Shown here in pieces: positions 9,222 to 21,262 of a stretch of DNA of 64,000 nucleotides (positions are counted from its first letter, which is position 1; each line of letters opens with the position of its first letter). The notes beneath the pieces are model-generated. The model ran no database searches, was not told the DNA's origin, and was given only the letters and a program-made list of their open reading frames with translations. This DNA comes from Vulcanimicrobiota bacterium (GTDB lineage: Bacteria > Vulcanimicrobiota > Xenobia > Xenobiales > JADMJV01). A program made the position numbers and the translations under genes. The stretch is taken from contig JBFWNU010000008.1 in assembly GCA_050250895.1 (NCBI GenBank), positions 96,001 through 160,000 on the forward strand, written 5' to 3'.

Positions 9222-11996
9222 ATGGTCAATAGTGATAATCTGGCTTTCGTCGAGCAGCTTTACAGCCAGTTTCGCGAGAACCCCGACTCTGTCGACGCCC
9301 GCTGGCGTGACTTCTTCAAAGGTTGGAATGGCGCTCCCGCCGGACCGACCTTCGCTTCCCGTAGCATTTTCGACCCGGGCGGGGGAGTGGCGCCTGCGGC
9401 TGCCGAGGGAGTGGCCGATGCGCTCAAGCAAGAGCGGGTCGACCAGCTCATCCGTGCCTACCGGGTGCGTGGCCACCGCATCGCGGCCCTCAACCCGTTG
9501 AGTGAAGAGCAGCCCTCGTTCCCCGAACTCGAGCTGAGCCATTACGGCCTCACCGAGGCGGATCTCAAGCTCAAGTTTTCGGCCCTGTGTATGGGCATGG
9601 GCGTCATCCCCCTCGAAGAGATCCTGGCCATTTTGCGCAACACCTACTGTCGCTCGATCGGGGTGCAATACATGCATATCGACGACCCCGAACCCAAGTT
9701 CTGGCTCCAAGAGAAGATGGAGTCGAGCCAAAATCAACGCGCTCTCTCGCGCGACCAACAGTTGCGTATCCTGACGCGACTGACCGACGCCTCCATCTTC
9801 GAAGAGTTCCTGGCCAAGAAGTACGTGGGCGCCAAGCGTTTTGGCCTCGAGGGGGCCGAAAGCCTCATCCCGCTGCTGGACCTGGCCCTCGAGCAAGCTG
9901 GCGAGCATGGCGTCTCGGACATCGTGATGGGCATGGCTCACCGGGGCCGTCTCAACGTGATGGCCAACATCATGCAGAAGAGCCCGGCTCTGGTCTTTCG
10001 CGAGTTCGACGACGCCGACCCCGAGCAGCACTTCGGCCGGGGCGACGTCAAATACCACCTGGGGTTGTCCAACGACTGGGTGACCGAAGCCGGCAAGACC
10101 ATCAACCTGACCTTGTGCTTTAACCCCAGCCACCTCGAGTTCGTGGGGCCGGTGGTGCTCGGCCGGGTGCGCAGCCGTCAGGACCGCATGGCCCACAACT
10201 TCACTCGCTGCATGGCTTTGATCATTCACGGCGACGCCGCTTTTGCCGGCCAGGGCGTGGTCCAGGAGATGCTCAACATGAGCGAGATCCCGGGCTTTCG
10301 CACCGGCGGCACCCTGCACGTCATTCTCAACAATCAGATCGGATTTACCACCGGCCCTGGCCAGGCCCGCTCATCGCACTACTGCACCGACGTGGCCAAG
10401 ATGCTGCAGATCCCCATCTTCCACGTCAACGGTGAGCATCCCGAGGCGGTGGCCCAGGCCATCTGGCTGGCCATGCAGTTCCGTCACGAGTTCAATCGCG
10501 ATGTCGTCATCGACATGTATTGCTATCGCAAGCACGGTCACAACGAGGGCGACGATCCTACCTATACCCAACCGGTCATGTACCGCGAGATCGGCAAGCG
10601 CCAGTCGGTGCGCGACGGTTACCTCGAGAACCTGGCTCAATTGGGTGAGGTGACGCCCGAAGAGGCCGAGGAGATCGCGGTGGCCCGGCGTGAGCATCTC
10701 GAACGGGAACTCGAGAAGGCACGCTCGCCCGAGTTTGACTATTCCAGTCAGGCGGGGGGCAGTCGAGGCCTCTGGTCCCGTTACCGCGGGGGGCCCGACG
10801 CCGACACGCCCCAGGTCAAGACCTCGGTTGACAAAGAGACGGCGGTGGGGCTGCTCGAGGCTATGACTCGTCTGCCCTCGGACTTCACTCCCCATCCCAA
10901 GATCGAGAAGATGATCCTGGCCTCTCGAGCCGAGATGGCCGCCGGCGAGAAGCCTTTGGACTGGGGCACAGCCGAGCTGCTGGCCTATGCTTCGCTGCTG
11001 GTCGACGGCACCCCGGTGCGCCTGACCGGTCAGGACGTGGGTCGCGGAACCTTCAGTCACCGCCACGCGGCCCTCTACGACTACCAGACCGGCAAGCTGC
11101 ATCTGCAGCTTAACCACCTCAAGGAGGGGCAGGCCCGCATGCAGGTCTGGAATAGCCCCCTCACCGAGACGGCCGTGCTAGGCTACGAGTTCGGCTTCTC
11201 GCTCGATAGCCCCGACAACCTGGTGGTCTGGGAAGCCCAGTTTGGCGACTTCTGCAACGTAGCCCAGGTGATTGTGGACCAGTTCATCTCGACCTCGGAA
11301 GACAAGTGGAAAAAGCTCAATCATCTGGTGATGCTGCTTCCCCACGGCTTCGAAGGACAGGGGCCCGAGCATTCCAGCGCGCGCCTCGAGCGCTATCTAC
11401 AGATCGCCGCCGAAGACAACATCTGCGTGGTCAATCTGACCACCCCAGCCCAGATCTTCCATGTGCTCAGGCGCCAGATCGTCCGCCCCATCCGCAAACC
11501 CCTCATCGTCATGTCCCCCAAGAGCCTGTTGCGCCACCCCGAGTGCGTCTCGCCCCTGGAGGACTTCTATCGGGGGGCCTTCCGCCAGGTGATGGCCGAC
11601 TCCTCAGGCATCGACCGCTCGCAGGTCACCAGGGTCTTGATGTGCAGCGGCAAGATCTACTACGAGCTGGCTCGCTATCGCCAGGAACACTCGCGCGAGG
11701 ATGTGGCCATCTTGCGTCTCGAACAGCTCTATCCGTTCCCGACCGACCCGCTGCGGATGGCTCTGGGAGCCTACCCTAAAGGGGTGCCGTTGGTATGGGT
11801 CCAGGAAGAGCCCGAGAACATGGGGGCGCTCAACTATCTGCGTCTCGAGGTGCCCGAGCAACTGCTCGGCAGTAATCCGTTCTTGCATGTGAGCCGTCCT
11901 GAATCGGCGAGCCCGGCAACCGGGTCCTCGAACAGTCATAAGATCGAACAGGCGGGCCTGATCGAAAAGGCCTTCCATCTACCCCTTCCCTGCTGA
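9222..11996 (+). CDS. sucA: 2-oxoglutarate dehydrogenase E1
   Basis: [61 protein letters not shown]. Confidence 0.97.
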   Translation: MVNSDNLAFVEQLYSQFRENPDSVDARWRDFFKGWNGAPAGPTFASRSIFDPGGGVAPAAAEGVADALKQERVDQLIRAYRVRGHRIAALNPLSEEQPSFPELELSHYGLTEADLKLKFSALCMGMGVIPLEEILAILRNTYCRSIGVQYMHIDDPEPKFWLQEKMESSQNQRALSRDQQLRILTRLTDASIFEEFLAKKYVGAKRFGLEGAESLIPLLDLALEQAGEHGVSDIVMGMAHRGRLNVMANIMQKSPALVFREFDDADPEQHFGRGDVKYHLGLSNDWVTEAGKTINLTLCFNPSHLEFVGPVVLGRVRSRQDRMAHNFTRCMALIIHGDAAFAGQGVVQEMLNMSEIPGFRTGGTLHVILNNQIGFTTGPGQARSSHYCTDVAKMLQIPIFHVNGEHPEAVAQAIWLAMQFRHEFNRDVVIDMYCYRKHGHNEGDDPTYTQPVMYREIGKRQSVRDGYLENLAQLGEVTPEEAEEIAVARREHLERELEKARSPEFDYSSQAGGSRGLWSRYRGGPDADTPQVKTSVDKETAVGLLEAMTRLPSDFTPHPKIEKMILASRAEMAAGEKPLDWGTAELLAYASLLVDGTPVRLTGQDVGRGTFSHRHAALYDYQTGKLHLQLNHLKEGQARMQVWNSPLTETAVLGYEFGFSLDSPDNLVVWEAQFGDFCNVAQVIVDQFISTSEDKWKKLNHLVMLLPHGFEGQGPEHSSARLERYLQIAAEDNICVVNLTTPAQIFHVLRRQIVRPIRKPLIVMSPKSLLRHPECVSPLEDFYRGAFRQVMADSSGIDRSQVTRVLMCSGKIYYELARYRQEHSREDVAILRLEQLYPFPTDPLRMALGAYPKGVPLVWVQEEPENMGALNYLRLEVPEQLLGSNPFLHVSRPESASPATGSSNSHKIEQAGLIEKAFHLPLPC

Positions 11997-12007
11997 GAGG
12001 AGAATCC

Positions 12008-13192
12008 ATGGCTATCGAACTCAAAGTACCGTCGGCTGGCGAATCGATCTCGAACGTGGTCATCGCCGAATGGCTGGTCCAGCCCGGAGGCTGGATCGCC
12101 CAGGACAAGACGGTGGTCATTCTCGAAACCGACAAAGTCAATCTTGAAGTGCCCGCCCCGGTGGGTGGCAAGCTGGTAAAAGCGCTCAAGTCGGTGGGCG
12201 ATTCGGCCGAGATCGGCGAGACCATCGCTCTCATCGAAGAGGGCGACGCTCCCGAGGGGGCCCCAGAACAAGAGGGGCCGGCCGAGAAATCAACGGAAAA
12301 GCCGGCCGAAACGAAGCCGCAGCCCGCCGCCGAGAAGCCTGGTTCGAAGGCCGACGCCCCGCCCTCGCCCGCCGCCCAACGGGTGTTGGCCCAGAGCGGC
12401 GTTTCGGCCTCGGAGGTGAGCGGCAGCGGCAAGGACGGTCGCATTCTCAAGGAGGATGTGCAGCGCCATCTGGCTCGCTCCGGTGGTGGCAGCCGAGCCG
12501 AAGAGGTGGTCTCGATGTCGCCTTTGCGCAAGAAGATCGCCGAGCGGCTGGTTTCGGCCCAGCAGACGGCCGCTATCTTGACGACCTTTAACGAGGTGGA
12601 CATGACGGCCGTGATGGAGTTGCGTTCCCAGTATAAGGATACGTTCCAGGACCGCTACGGCATCAAACTCGGCTTTATGGGCTTTTTCATCAAGGCCGCG
12701 ATCGAAGCTTTGAAGGCCTTTCCGGCGATTAACGCCGAGATTCGCGAAGACAAGATCGTCTACAAAGACTATTACGACATCGGAGTGGCCGTGGGCGGCG
12801 GCAAAGGTTTGGTGGTGCCCGTGATCCGCAACGCCGAACGGATGGGTTTTGCCCAGCTCGAAGAGACCCTGCGCGATCTGGCTACCCGAGCTCAGAAGAT
12901 GAAGCTGACCATGGACGAGCTCGAGGGTGGTACCTTCACCATCAGTAACGGTGGCGTTTATGGCTCGATGCTGTCGACACCGATTCTCAACCCTCCCCAG
13001 AGCGGTATTCTCGGCTTGCACAACATCGTGGAGCGGCCGATGGCCGTTCAGGGCAAAGTCGAAATTCGGCCGGTCATGTACCTCGCTTTGAGCTATGACC
13101 ATCGTATCGTCGACGGTCGCGAGGCGGTCAGCTTTCTGGTGCGCATCAAAGAGTGCATCGAGAGTCCGGCCCGGATGCTGTTGGAGGTCTAG
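12008..13192 (+). CDS. sucB: Dihydrolipoyllysine-residue succinyltransferase (E2)
   Basis: Lipoyl ETDKV, E3-binding [13 protein letters not shown], catalytic [10 protein letters not shown]. Confidence 0.96.
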   Translation: MAIELKVPSAGESISNVVIAEWLVQPGGWIAQDKTVVILETDKVNLEVPAPVGGKLVKALKSVGDSAEIGETIALIEEGDAPEGAPEQEGPAEKSTEKPAETKPQPAAEKPGSKADAPPSPAAQRVLAQSGVSASEVSGSGKDGRILKEDVQRHLARSGGGSRAEEVVSMSPLRKKIAERLVSAQQTAAILTTFNEVDMTAVMELRSQYKDTFQDRYGIKLGFMGFFIKAAIEALKAFPAINAEIREDKIVYKDYYDIGVAVGGGKGLVVPVIRNAERMGFAQLEETLRDLATRAQKMKLTMDELEGGTFTISNGGVYGSMLSTPILNPPQSGILGLHNIVERPMAVQGKVEIRPVMYLALSYDHRIVDGREAVSFLVRIKECIESPARMLLEV

Positions 13193-14566
13193 ATGGACAG
13201 CTTCGATCTGATCGTCATCGGCGGCGGACCCGGGGGCTACGTCGCGGCCATTCGAGCGGCCCAGTTGGGCCAGCGAGTGGCTTGCGTCGAGAAAGAGGAC
13301 ATCTACGGGGGCACCTGTCTGAGGGTTGGATGCATCCCTAGCAAGGCCTTGCTCGAGTCGTCCGAGCTGCTGCACGAGGCCAGGAGCAACTTCAAGCGTC
13401 ACGGCATCGTAGTGGGGGAGGTCTCGGTGGACCTCGCCGCCATGATGCGACGCAAGGACACCATCGTCAAGACCCTCGGCAAGGGCATCGACGGGCTGTT
13501 CAAAAAGCACGGCGTGACCCCGATCAAAGGTAAGGCGCGCTTCGTCGACGGGTCGACCATCGAGGTCGACGACCAGCGCTATCCGTCGCGAAACTTTCTC
13601 ATCGCCACCGGCAGCGAGCCAGCCAGTCTGCCCGGCATCGAACTCGACGGTGATCTCATCGGTTCGAGTACCGAGGCTTTGACGTATCCCGAGGTGCCCG
13701 GTCATCTGGTGGTCATCGGAGCCGGAGCCATCGGGCTCGAACTGGGCTCGGTCTGGGGGCGGTTGGGGGCGAAGGTGACCGTGCTCGAGTATCTCGACCG
13801 CATTCTGCCTGGAGCCGACCTCGAGATCGCTCAGGCTGCCCAGGCATCCTTCAAGCGGCAGGGCATGACCTTTCATCTGGGTTGCAAGGTTACGGCAGCT
13901 CGTCGCCAGGGCGACCGGTGCGTGGTCGAGCGGGCCGACGGCGAGCCGATCGAATGTGATCGGGTGCTGGTCTCGGTGGGCCGCCGGCCCAATACCGAGG
14001 GGCTCGGCCTCGAGGCGATCGGGCTCGAAACCGACCGGCGCGGGTTCATCCCGGTGGATGAGCATTTCAAGACGGGCGTTCCCGGGGTCTACGCTATCGG
14101 CGACGTGATCGGCGGAGCCATGCTCGCTCACAAGGCTGAAGAAGAGGGAGTGGCCTGTGTCGAGCAGCTGTTCACCGGCTATGGGCACGTGGACCACAAT
14201 CTTATTCCGGCGGTGGTATACACCCATCCCGAGGTGGCCTCGGTGGGGCGCACCCAAGAGCAACTCGAAGAGGAAGGGATCAAGTTTCGCAAGGGCACTT
14301 TTCCTTTCGCGGCCAACGGTCGGGCGCGAGCTCTAGGCTCGTTTGACGGGTTGGCCAAGGTGCTCGCCGATGCCGAGACGGATCGGATCCTCGGGGTTCA
14401 CATCGTAGGACCCCGGGCCGGCGATCTCATCGCCGAGTCGGTGGTGGCCATGGCCTTTTCTGCCAGCAGCGAGGATATTGCTCGCATCTGCCACGCGCAT
14501 CCCACCCTTCCCGAGGTGATCAAGGAGGCCGCCCTGGCGGTGGACGGCCGCCCGCTCCACATCTAA
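13193..14566 (+). CDS. lpdA: Dihydrolipoyl dehydrogenase (E3)
   Basis: GGGPGGY, GGTCLRVGCIPSK, MLAHKAEEEG, HAHPTLPE. Confidence 0.96.
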   Translation: MDSFDLIVIGGGPGGYVAAIRAAQLGQRVACVEKEDIYGGTCLRVGCIPSKALLESSELLHEARSNFKRHGIVVGEVSVDLAAMMRRKDTIVKTLGKGIDGLFKKHGVTPIKGKARFVDGSTIEVDDQRYPSRNFLIATGSEPASLPGIELDGDLIGSSTEALTYPEVPGHLVVIGAGAIGLELGSVWGRLGAKVTVLEYLDRILPGADLEIAQAAQASFKRQGMTFHLGCKVTAARRQGDRCVVERADGEPIECDRVLVSVGRRPNTEGLGLEAIGLETDRRGFIPVDEHFKTGVPGVYAIGDVIGGAMLAHKAEEEGVACVEQLFTGYGHVDHNLIPAVVYTHPEVASVGRTQEQLEEEGIKFRKGTFPFAANGRARALGSFDGLAKVLADAETDRILGVHIVGPRAGDLIAESVVAMAFSASSEDIARICHAHPTLPEVIKEAALAVDGRPLHI

Positions 14567-14709
14567 GGTGACCCGAAATTAACCAAAATTTTTCAATCGA
14601 GCGTGCGTTCGAAAGACACCTTTCAATCCCCTGAAAAGACTTGCCCTGACGAGCTTTCGGCTAGGAGAAGAAGGGGGAAGGAATTTCGTCGGGCCTGTTA
14701 AAAGGGCGT

Positions 14710-14727
14710 TTGTGAGATTTTTCACAA
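14710..14727. promoter_or_regulatory. Palindromic operator, Rex-box or CRP-box like
   Basis: TTGTGAGATTTTTCACAA is TTGTGA-N6-TCACAA, in an AT-rich intergenic region about 130 bp upstream of actA. Confidence 0.65.
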
Positions 14728-14858
14728 TGTCGTTTTTTTCGCGTTAAACCTGTCGCCGACGGGTTGGTGGGCGGACTCCTTAATCCGCGGGGGGATGGTG
14801 ACGGTGGTCCATATCGCGCGCGCGACGACGTCGAGGTAAAGGACGGATATCAGCCATT

Positions 14859-15419
14859 ATGGCACCTGAAGTAACTCTTCAAAAACAGCTAGTGAGGGCG
14901 GCTATCATCACGCCGGCCCTGATCGTCCTGGCAATGACGATTTATTGCGAGCTGAACTGGACGGGCTACTGGTTGCAACCTGAGCAGCCCATCGCCTTTC
15001 CCCACCGGCTCCACGCCGGAGTCAGGGGCATCGATTGCCAATACTGCCACCGCGGCGCCCGAGACGGCTATTACGCCGGGGTCCCCTCGGTCCAGGATTG
15101 CTGGTCATGCCACCGGGGCGCGGTCGAAGCTGGCAGTAACGGGGCCCCCGTGATGGAGCGGCCGGGCGTGCAGACGCTGGTCAAAGATTACGTCAATCAG
15201 CGCCGCGACATTAATTGGTACAAGTACTACGACCTGCCCGAACACGTGAAGTTCTCACATAAAGCCCACATCAACGCCGGCAAGGACTGCCAGGACTGCC
15301 ACGGAGCCGTCGAGACGATGGACGTGGTCCAGATGCAGCAGAAGCCGACGATGGGTTGGTGCGTGAGTTGTCACCGCCAGAACAACGCTCCCGTCGACTG
15401 CACGACGTGTCACAGGTAG
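14859..15419 (+). CDS. actA: Alternative complex III pentaheme cytochrome c subunit A
   Basis: N-terminal TM helix, PEQPIAFPH, five CxxCH motifs (CQYCH, CWSCH, CQDCH, CVSCH, CTTCH), LPEHVKFSH. Confidence 0.9.
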   Translation: MAPEVTLQKQLVRAAIITPALIVLAMTIYCELNWTGYWLQPEQPIAFPHRLHAGVRGIDCQYCHRGARDGYYAGVPSVQDCWSCHRGAVEAGSNGAPVMERPGVQTLVKDYVNQRRDINWYKYYDLPEHVKFSHKAHINAGKDCQDCHGAVETMDVVQMQQKPTMGWCVSCHRQNNAPVDCTTCHR

Positions 15420-15431
15420 TAAGAGGATAGC

Positions 15432-17549
15432 ATGAGTATTTCCCGCCGCGATTTTCTTAAAGTCAGTTTCTTTTCGGCGGCCGCCGCCGCCATGACCGCC
15501 TGCGGTCGCCCCGTCGAACACGGGGTGGTTTCGCAGTTTCAGATGCCCGAGTACACGCTGCCGGGCGACCCTCTCTATTGGGCGAGTTGCTGTACCGAAC
15601 TGCGTTCGGATTGCCCGGTTTCGGTCAAGACGGTCGAGAACCGCGCCATCCATGTCATGGGCTTGCCGGGCAACTTTTTGACCCACGGCAAGGTCGACAC
15701 GGTGTCGATCACCAGCTTGCAGGCGCTCTATCATCCCGAGCGTCTCATCGACCATTTCAAGGGCAGCAACACCACTGACGGAGACTCGGTGCTCAAGGAC
15801 CTCTCTCGTCAGCTCGGGAACGCCGGCAAGGACAACGCTCTCTGGATCGTCGACCGTCTGTGCGGCACCCGAGGCGGCATTATCCTGCGGGCGGCCGCGG
15901 CTACTGGCGCCAAGATCTGGGTGCTGGACGTGCCCTCGTCGATGCAAGAGCGCCGGGTCATCAAGGCCCTGACGGGCCAGGCCCGCCTGCCGTTCTACGC
16001 CCTCGAAAAGGCCGATTTTCTGGTCACTTTCGGCGGCGACTTCTTGCACCGAGGCTACAACAGCACTCGCTCGAGCTGGGCTTATGGACAGTTTCGCAAG
16101 GGCAAGCGTCGCCAGCGAGGCAAGATGGTTTCGGTCAGCTCTCGTATCAGCGCCACGGATGCCTGTGCCGACCGCTGGATCGGCGTGCGACCCGGCACCG
16201 AAGCCTGGATCGCGCTGGGGGTCGGCAACTTGCTGGCCGAGCAGGGCAAAGGCAAGGGCTCGTGGCCCGGCTGGGCTCGCTCGGTAACGATGGCCGATGT
16301 GGTGGCCGCCACCGGGGTCGAACTAGACATCATCGAGAAGCTGGCCGCCCGCCTGGGCGAGGCCCGTAGCCCGCTGGTGGTGGCTGGCGACGGTCTGGGC
16401 GACCACGGTGCCGCTTCGCTCTATATCGTGCACGCGCTCAACCAGTTGCTGCGCGGCAAGATCGACACCTTCGAGCCCGACCTGGTTCCAGGGGCCGCTC
16501 CGGCCGCCGCCGACGTCTTCGTCAACTCGGAAGAGGCCGTGAAGATGCTCGATACGGCTAAGACGGTCTGGATCTTCGACTGCAACCCAGTCTATTTGAT
16601 GCCGTCACTGGCCGAGAAGATCAAGAATGCCCGCAGTAGCGTGGCCTTTACCACTTTCGCCAACGACACCACCGAGCACTGCAAGATGATGGTGGCTATC
16701 CGTCACTGGATGGAGGAGTGGGCCGATCTGCGCGTGTCGTCGCCTGACGGCGAGTTCTACGGCTTGACCCAGCCGGTCATCAAGCCGCTCTATGAGCGAA
16801 CCTGGTCGCTGACCGAAGCCCTTATTCGAGCCGCCAATGAGGCCGGGGTCGATGTCGGTACCAAAGAAACCCGGATGCGCAAGGTGCTCCAGGGCGACCG
16901 CGACAACCAGAGCTGGGAAGCCATGCTGGTTCGCGGCGGGGTCTGGAAGGATGTCGGCCAGGACATCTACCGGGGCCACGTCAATCACCCGCCTCAGGCC
17001 ACTCCTGACCCGGGCAACCCGCCCGCCGGCTACTCGCCTTTCGAGAACCTCGAAGCCGTGCAGGTCAATGGCTGGCACGCTGCGCCACCACCCGGAATGG
17101 TGTTCGTGCCGTTCTTGACCAACCTGGCCGACGGCAGCCTGGCCAACCGTCCCTGGATGCAAGAGCTGCCCGACAGCATGACGACGGTGGTCTGGGACTC
17201 GTGGGTCGAACTCAACGAGGACCGGGCCAAAGAACTGGGCTTGGCCCGCCACGATGTGGTCCAGGTCAAGGTCGGTGACAAGAGCTTCGAGGCTTCGGTC
17301 TACCCCAACCCGGCTCTTCACCCCGAAGTGGTGGCCATGCCGGTCGGCCGTGGCCACAAGAACTACGGGCGTTGGACCGGGGTGGGCTACAATCCGCTCC
17401 AGGCTCTCGATGCCAATTGGCAACCCGACAGCGGCGAAGCCCACTGGCTGGCGACCGGAGTCCAGGTGACCAAGACCGCGCGCAAGTCGCGTCTCACCAC
17501 TTTCGACCAGCGCGTCTACAACCTGCAACGGCACATTCTACCGGAATAG
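15432..17549 (+). CDS. actB1: ACIII subunit B1 (Tat-exported, molybdopterin-oxidoreductase-like, probably cofactor-less)
   Basis: Tat signal SRRDFLK with MTAC; degenerate Fe-S motif CCTELRSDC; ANRPWMQELPD..T.VVWD motif; operon context. Confidence 0.85.
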   Translation: MSISRRDFLKVSFFSAAAAAMTACGRPVEHGVVSQFQMPEYTLPGDPLYWASCCTELRSDCPVSVKTVENRAIHVMGLPGNFLTHGKVDTVSITSLQALYHPERLIDHFKGSNTTDGDSVLKDLSRQLGNAGKDNALWIVDRLCGTRGGIILRAAAATGAKIWVLDVPSSMQERRVIKALTGQARLPFYALEKADFLVTFGGDFLHRGYNSTRSSWAYGQFRKGKRRQRGKMVSVSSRISATDACADRWIGVRPGTEAWIALGVGNLLAEQGKGKGSWPGWARSVTMADVVAATGVELDIIEKLAARLGEARSPLVVAGDGLGDHGAASLYIVHALNQLLRGKIDTFEPDLVPGAAPAAADVFVNSEEAVKMLDTAKTVWIFDCNPVYLMPSLAEKIKNARSSVAFTTFANDTTEHCKMMVAIRHWMEEWADLRVSSPDGEFYGLTQPVIKPLYERTWSLTEALIRAANEAGVDVGTKETRMRKVLQGDRDNQSWEAMLVRGGVWKDVGQDIYRGHVNHPPQATPDPGNPPAGYSPFENLEAVQVNGWHAAPPPGMVFVPFLTNLADGSLANRPWMQELPDSMTTVVWDSWVELNEDRAKELGLARHDVVQVKVGDKSFEASVYPNPALHPEVVAMPVGRGHKNYGRWTGVGYNPLQALDANWQPDSGEAHWLATGVQVTKTARKSRLTTFDQRVYNLQRHILPE

Positions 17550-17566
17550 GCGAGAGGAAGAACGAA

Positions 17567-18478
17567 ATGCCCGCCCACGAAACTACACCAGCACAACACC
17601 AATGGGGGATGGTCATCGATGTGGACCGATGCACCGGCTGCAAGGCCTGTGTGATCGCCTGTCGCGCCGAGAACAACATCGCCATGGTCGGCGCCGAGCA
17701 CTCGGCCATGGGACGCCTGATGGATTGGTTGCGCATCGACCGATTCTTCCACGGCAGCTTTCCTCACGTCCACGCTCAGTTCGTGCCGATGCTCTGCCAG
17801 CAGTGCGGGACGGCTCCCTGTGAGTCGGTGTGCCCGGTCTTTGCGGCCGTGCACACCCACGACGGGCTCAACGCTCAGATCTACAATCGCTGCGTGGGCA
17901 CGCGCGTGTGCGCCAACAACTGTCCTTATCACGTGCGCATGTTCAACTTCGTCACGCCCGAATGGCCGGCTCCGATGGAGATGATGCTCAATCCCGATGT
18001 ATCGGTTCGGGCTGAAGGCGTGATGGAAAAATGCACCTTCTGCGTGCAGCGGATTCGCCGCGGCGAACTCGACGCCAAGGTCGAGAAGCGACCCGTGCGC
18101 GACGGCGAGATTCAGCCGGCCTGCGCCCAGACCTGCGCTTCGGAAGCCCTGGTCTTCGGACTGCTCAGTGACCCCGAGAGCACGGTCTCGAAGCACCTCG
18201 AAGCCAACAAGTTCCGGTCCTATGCGGTGCTCGAAGAACTCGACACCCGACCCAACGTGATCTACTTGCGACCTGACCGCGACCCTGACGTGCTCGACGG
18301 TTCTGAGGTCCACGACGCCCCGGCCGAGCACACGGAAGAGCGACTGCCAGAGCCTGTCCGGGAAGCCATGCCGGGTCATCCTGAGGCCGTGACTCCCGGA
18401 TCGGCTGGAGCGACTCCGGCCGCGCCTGCCACCCCGGCCGCCCCGGCGACCCCTGCTTTGGAAGGGGCCCACCACTGA
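17567..18478 (+). CDS. actB2: ACIII subunit B2 (four Fe-S cluster ferredoxin-like)
   Basis: CTGCKACVIAC, CQQCGTAPCESVCP, CVGTRVCANNCP (3Fe-4S type), CTFCVQR...PACAQTC; start ATG 17567 after a GAGG RBS. Confidence 0.88.
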   Translation: MPAHETTPAQHQWGMVIDVDRCTGCKACVIACRAENNIAMVGAEHSAMGRLMDWLRIDRFFHGSFPHVHAQFVPMLCQQCGTAPCESVCPVFAAVHTHDGLNAQIYNRCVGTRVCANNCPYHVRMFNFVTPEWPAPMEMMLNPDVSVRAEGVMEKCTFCVQRIRRGELDAKVEKRPVRDGEIQPACAQTCASEALVFGLLSDPESTVSKHLEANKFRSYAVLEELDTRPNVIYLRPDRDPDVLDGSEVHDAPAEHTEERLPEPVREAMPGHPEAVTPGSAGATPAAPATPAAPATPALEGAHH

Positions 18479-18517
18479 TATGCCATCTTTTGAAACCCAA
18501 ACCACCGTGGAGGCTAA

Positions 18518-19912
<1,395 letters not shown>

Positions 19913-19922
19913 GGATAAGAAA

Positions 19923-21113
19923 ATGAAAGTCTGCGCTGAATTTGACGATCAAGTAACTGCTATGAACGCCCACAAGGCGATCTTAGATAAGGGTGCCGAG
20001 GCCGACGACCTCGAGTTGCGCTCGCCTTACCCGCTGGCCGAAGAGCCTATCCCGGCCCACCGCTCGCTGCCGATGGTCATGCGTAGCGTGGTGCGACTGA
20101 TGTGGCTGTGCGGCATCATCGGCGGCTTTAGCTTCATCACCTTCACCCAGCTCGAGTGGGGCCTGACGGCCAAGACCGATGGCCATCCCCTGGTTGCCAT
20201 CCCCATCAACGCTATCATCATGTATGAGTGCGGAATGGTTACAGCCATCTGGGTGACCACCTTCATGTTCTTCATCGAGACCCGCCGCTATCGCAGCCTG
20301 GTCCCACCGCTGCAAGAAGACATGCCGGTGGCGAACGGCTATATCGCGCTGGTGGTTTCGGGTAACTCGGCCAACAAAGCCAAGGACTGGCTCGACGGCC
20401 TGGGCGCTCGCAACATCGTGACCTACCTCTTGCCACTTCTGTTTATAGGAATGTTCTCGACCGGTTGCGTCAACACTCGCTGGGACAATATTCGCGCCCA
20501 GCAGGTGATCAAACCGCGCGAACGGGCTGCCGAACTACCTCCGCCTCACAGTCTGCGCATGCCCACCGAGGCGGAAGCAGCGGTGACTCCTCCTCAACCC
20601 ATGGGTTGGATTACCTGGGGTGACCCCATCGCGTACGAGCGGGCCATGGAGACCCTCAAGTCCAAGCAGGACGAGATGGAGGCCAAGGTCAAGAGCGGCG
20701 ACATGAAGCGGGGTGACATGAACAAGCAGATGAAGTCCCTGCGTGACGAGATTAACGACGATCTCGCTCCTGAACTCACGGCCTACAAGGGTGCCGTGCC
20801 CGCCGAATTGCAAAACCTGGAATCGCCCGTCCCCTCTACACCTGAGTCGATCGAGCGAGGCAAGGCGCTCTACGCGATCAACTGTTCGCACTGCCACGGC
20901 GCCGAGGGCAAGGGCGATGGCAAGGTCGGTGAGGTGTGGGCTCCTAAACCCCCGGCCATCGGCGGCGCTCCCTATGCATCTAGTCTTTCCGACGGTGGTT
21001 TTTACTTCTACATCGTGACCGGCAAAAACAACATGCCGGCTTTTGGTCCCAACCTCAACACCCACGAGGTGTTCGACATCGTCAACTATCTTCGCTCGCT
21101 GCAAGGCGCGTAG
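19923..21113 (+). CDS. actDE: Fused ACIII subunits D (DUF3341-like) and E (monoheme cytochrome c)
   Basis: AEFDD...SPYP N-terminus with two TM helices, then LFIGMFSTGC, ERGKALYAINCSHCHG and MPAFG. Confidence 0.8.
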   Translation: MKVCAEFDDQVTAMNAHKAILDKGAEADDLELRSPYPLAEEPIPAHRSLPMVMRSVVRLMWLCGIIGGFSFITFTQLEWGLTAKTDGHPLVAIPINAIIMYECGMVTAIWVTTFMFFIETRRYRSLVPPLQEDMPVANGYIALVVSGNSANKAKDWLDGLGARNIVTYLLPLLFIGMFSTGCVNTRWDNIRAQQVIKPRERAAELPPPHSLRMPTEAEAAVTPPQPMGWITWGDPIAYERAMETLKSKQDEMEAKVKSGDMKRGDMNKQMKSLRDEINDDLAPELTAYKGAVPAELQNLESPVPSTPESIERGKALYAINCSHCHGAEGKGDGKVGEVWAPKPPAIGGAPYASSLSDGGFYFYIVTGKNNMPAFGPNLNTHEVFDIVNYLRSLQGA

Positions 21114-21163
21114 TCGTCAGACGATTTCAGACGGCAGTCTTCTTTGAGACCGCCGGTCGCGAG

Positions 21164-21189
21164 ATAGCCCGCGAAGGCGGGCTATTTTC
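21164..21189 (+). terminator. Intrinsic terminator ending the act operon
   Basis: ATAGCCCGC-GAAG-GCGGGCTAT followed by TTTC. Confidence 0.7.
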
Positions 21190-21262
21190 ATTCCCGGTGG
21201 TCTGACCTCCGCAGGCGGAGGGCACCGCTGGCCGGGCGGCTTTCGCCCGCCGGGGGCCCTGT

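Noticed and set aside
15432-17549. Catalytic molybdoenzyme (nitrate, DMSO or polysulfide reductase)
   Set aside because: The degenerate N-terminal Fe-S motif and the ACIII context point to a non-catalytic ActB1/QrcB-like subunit
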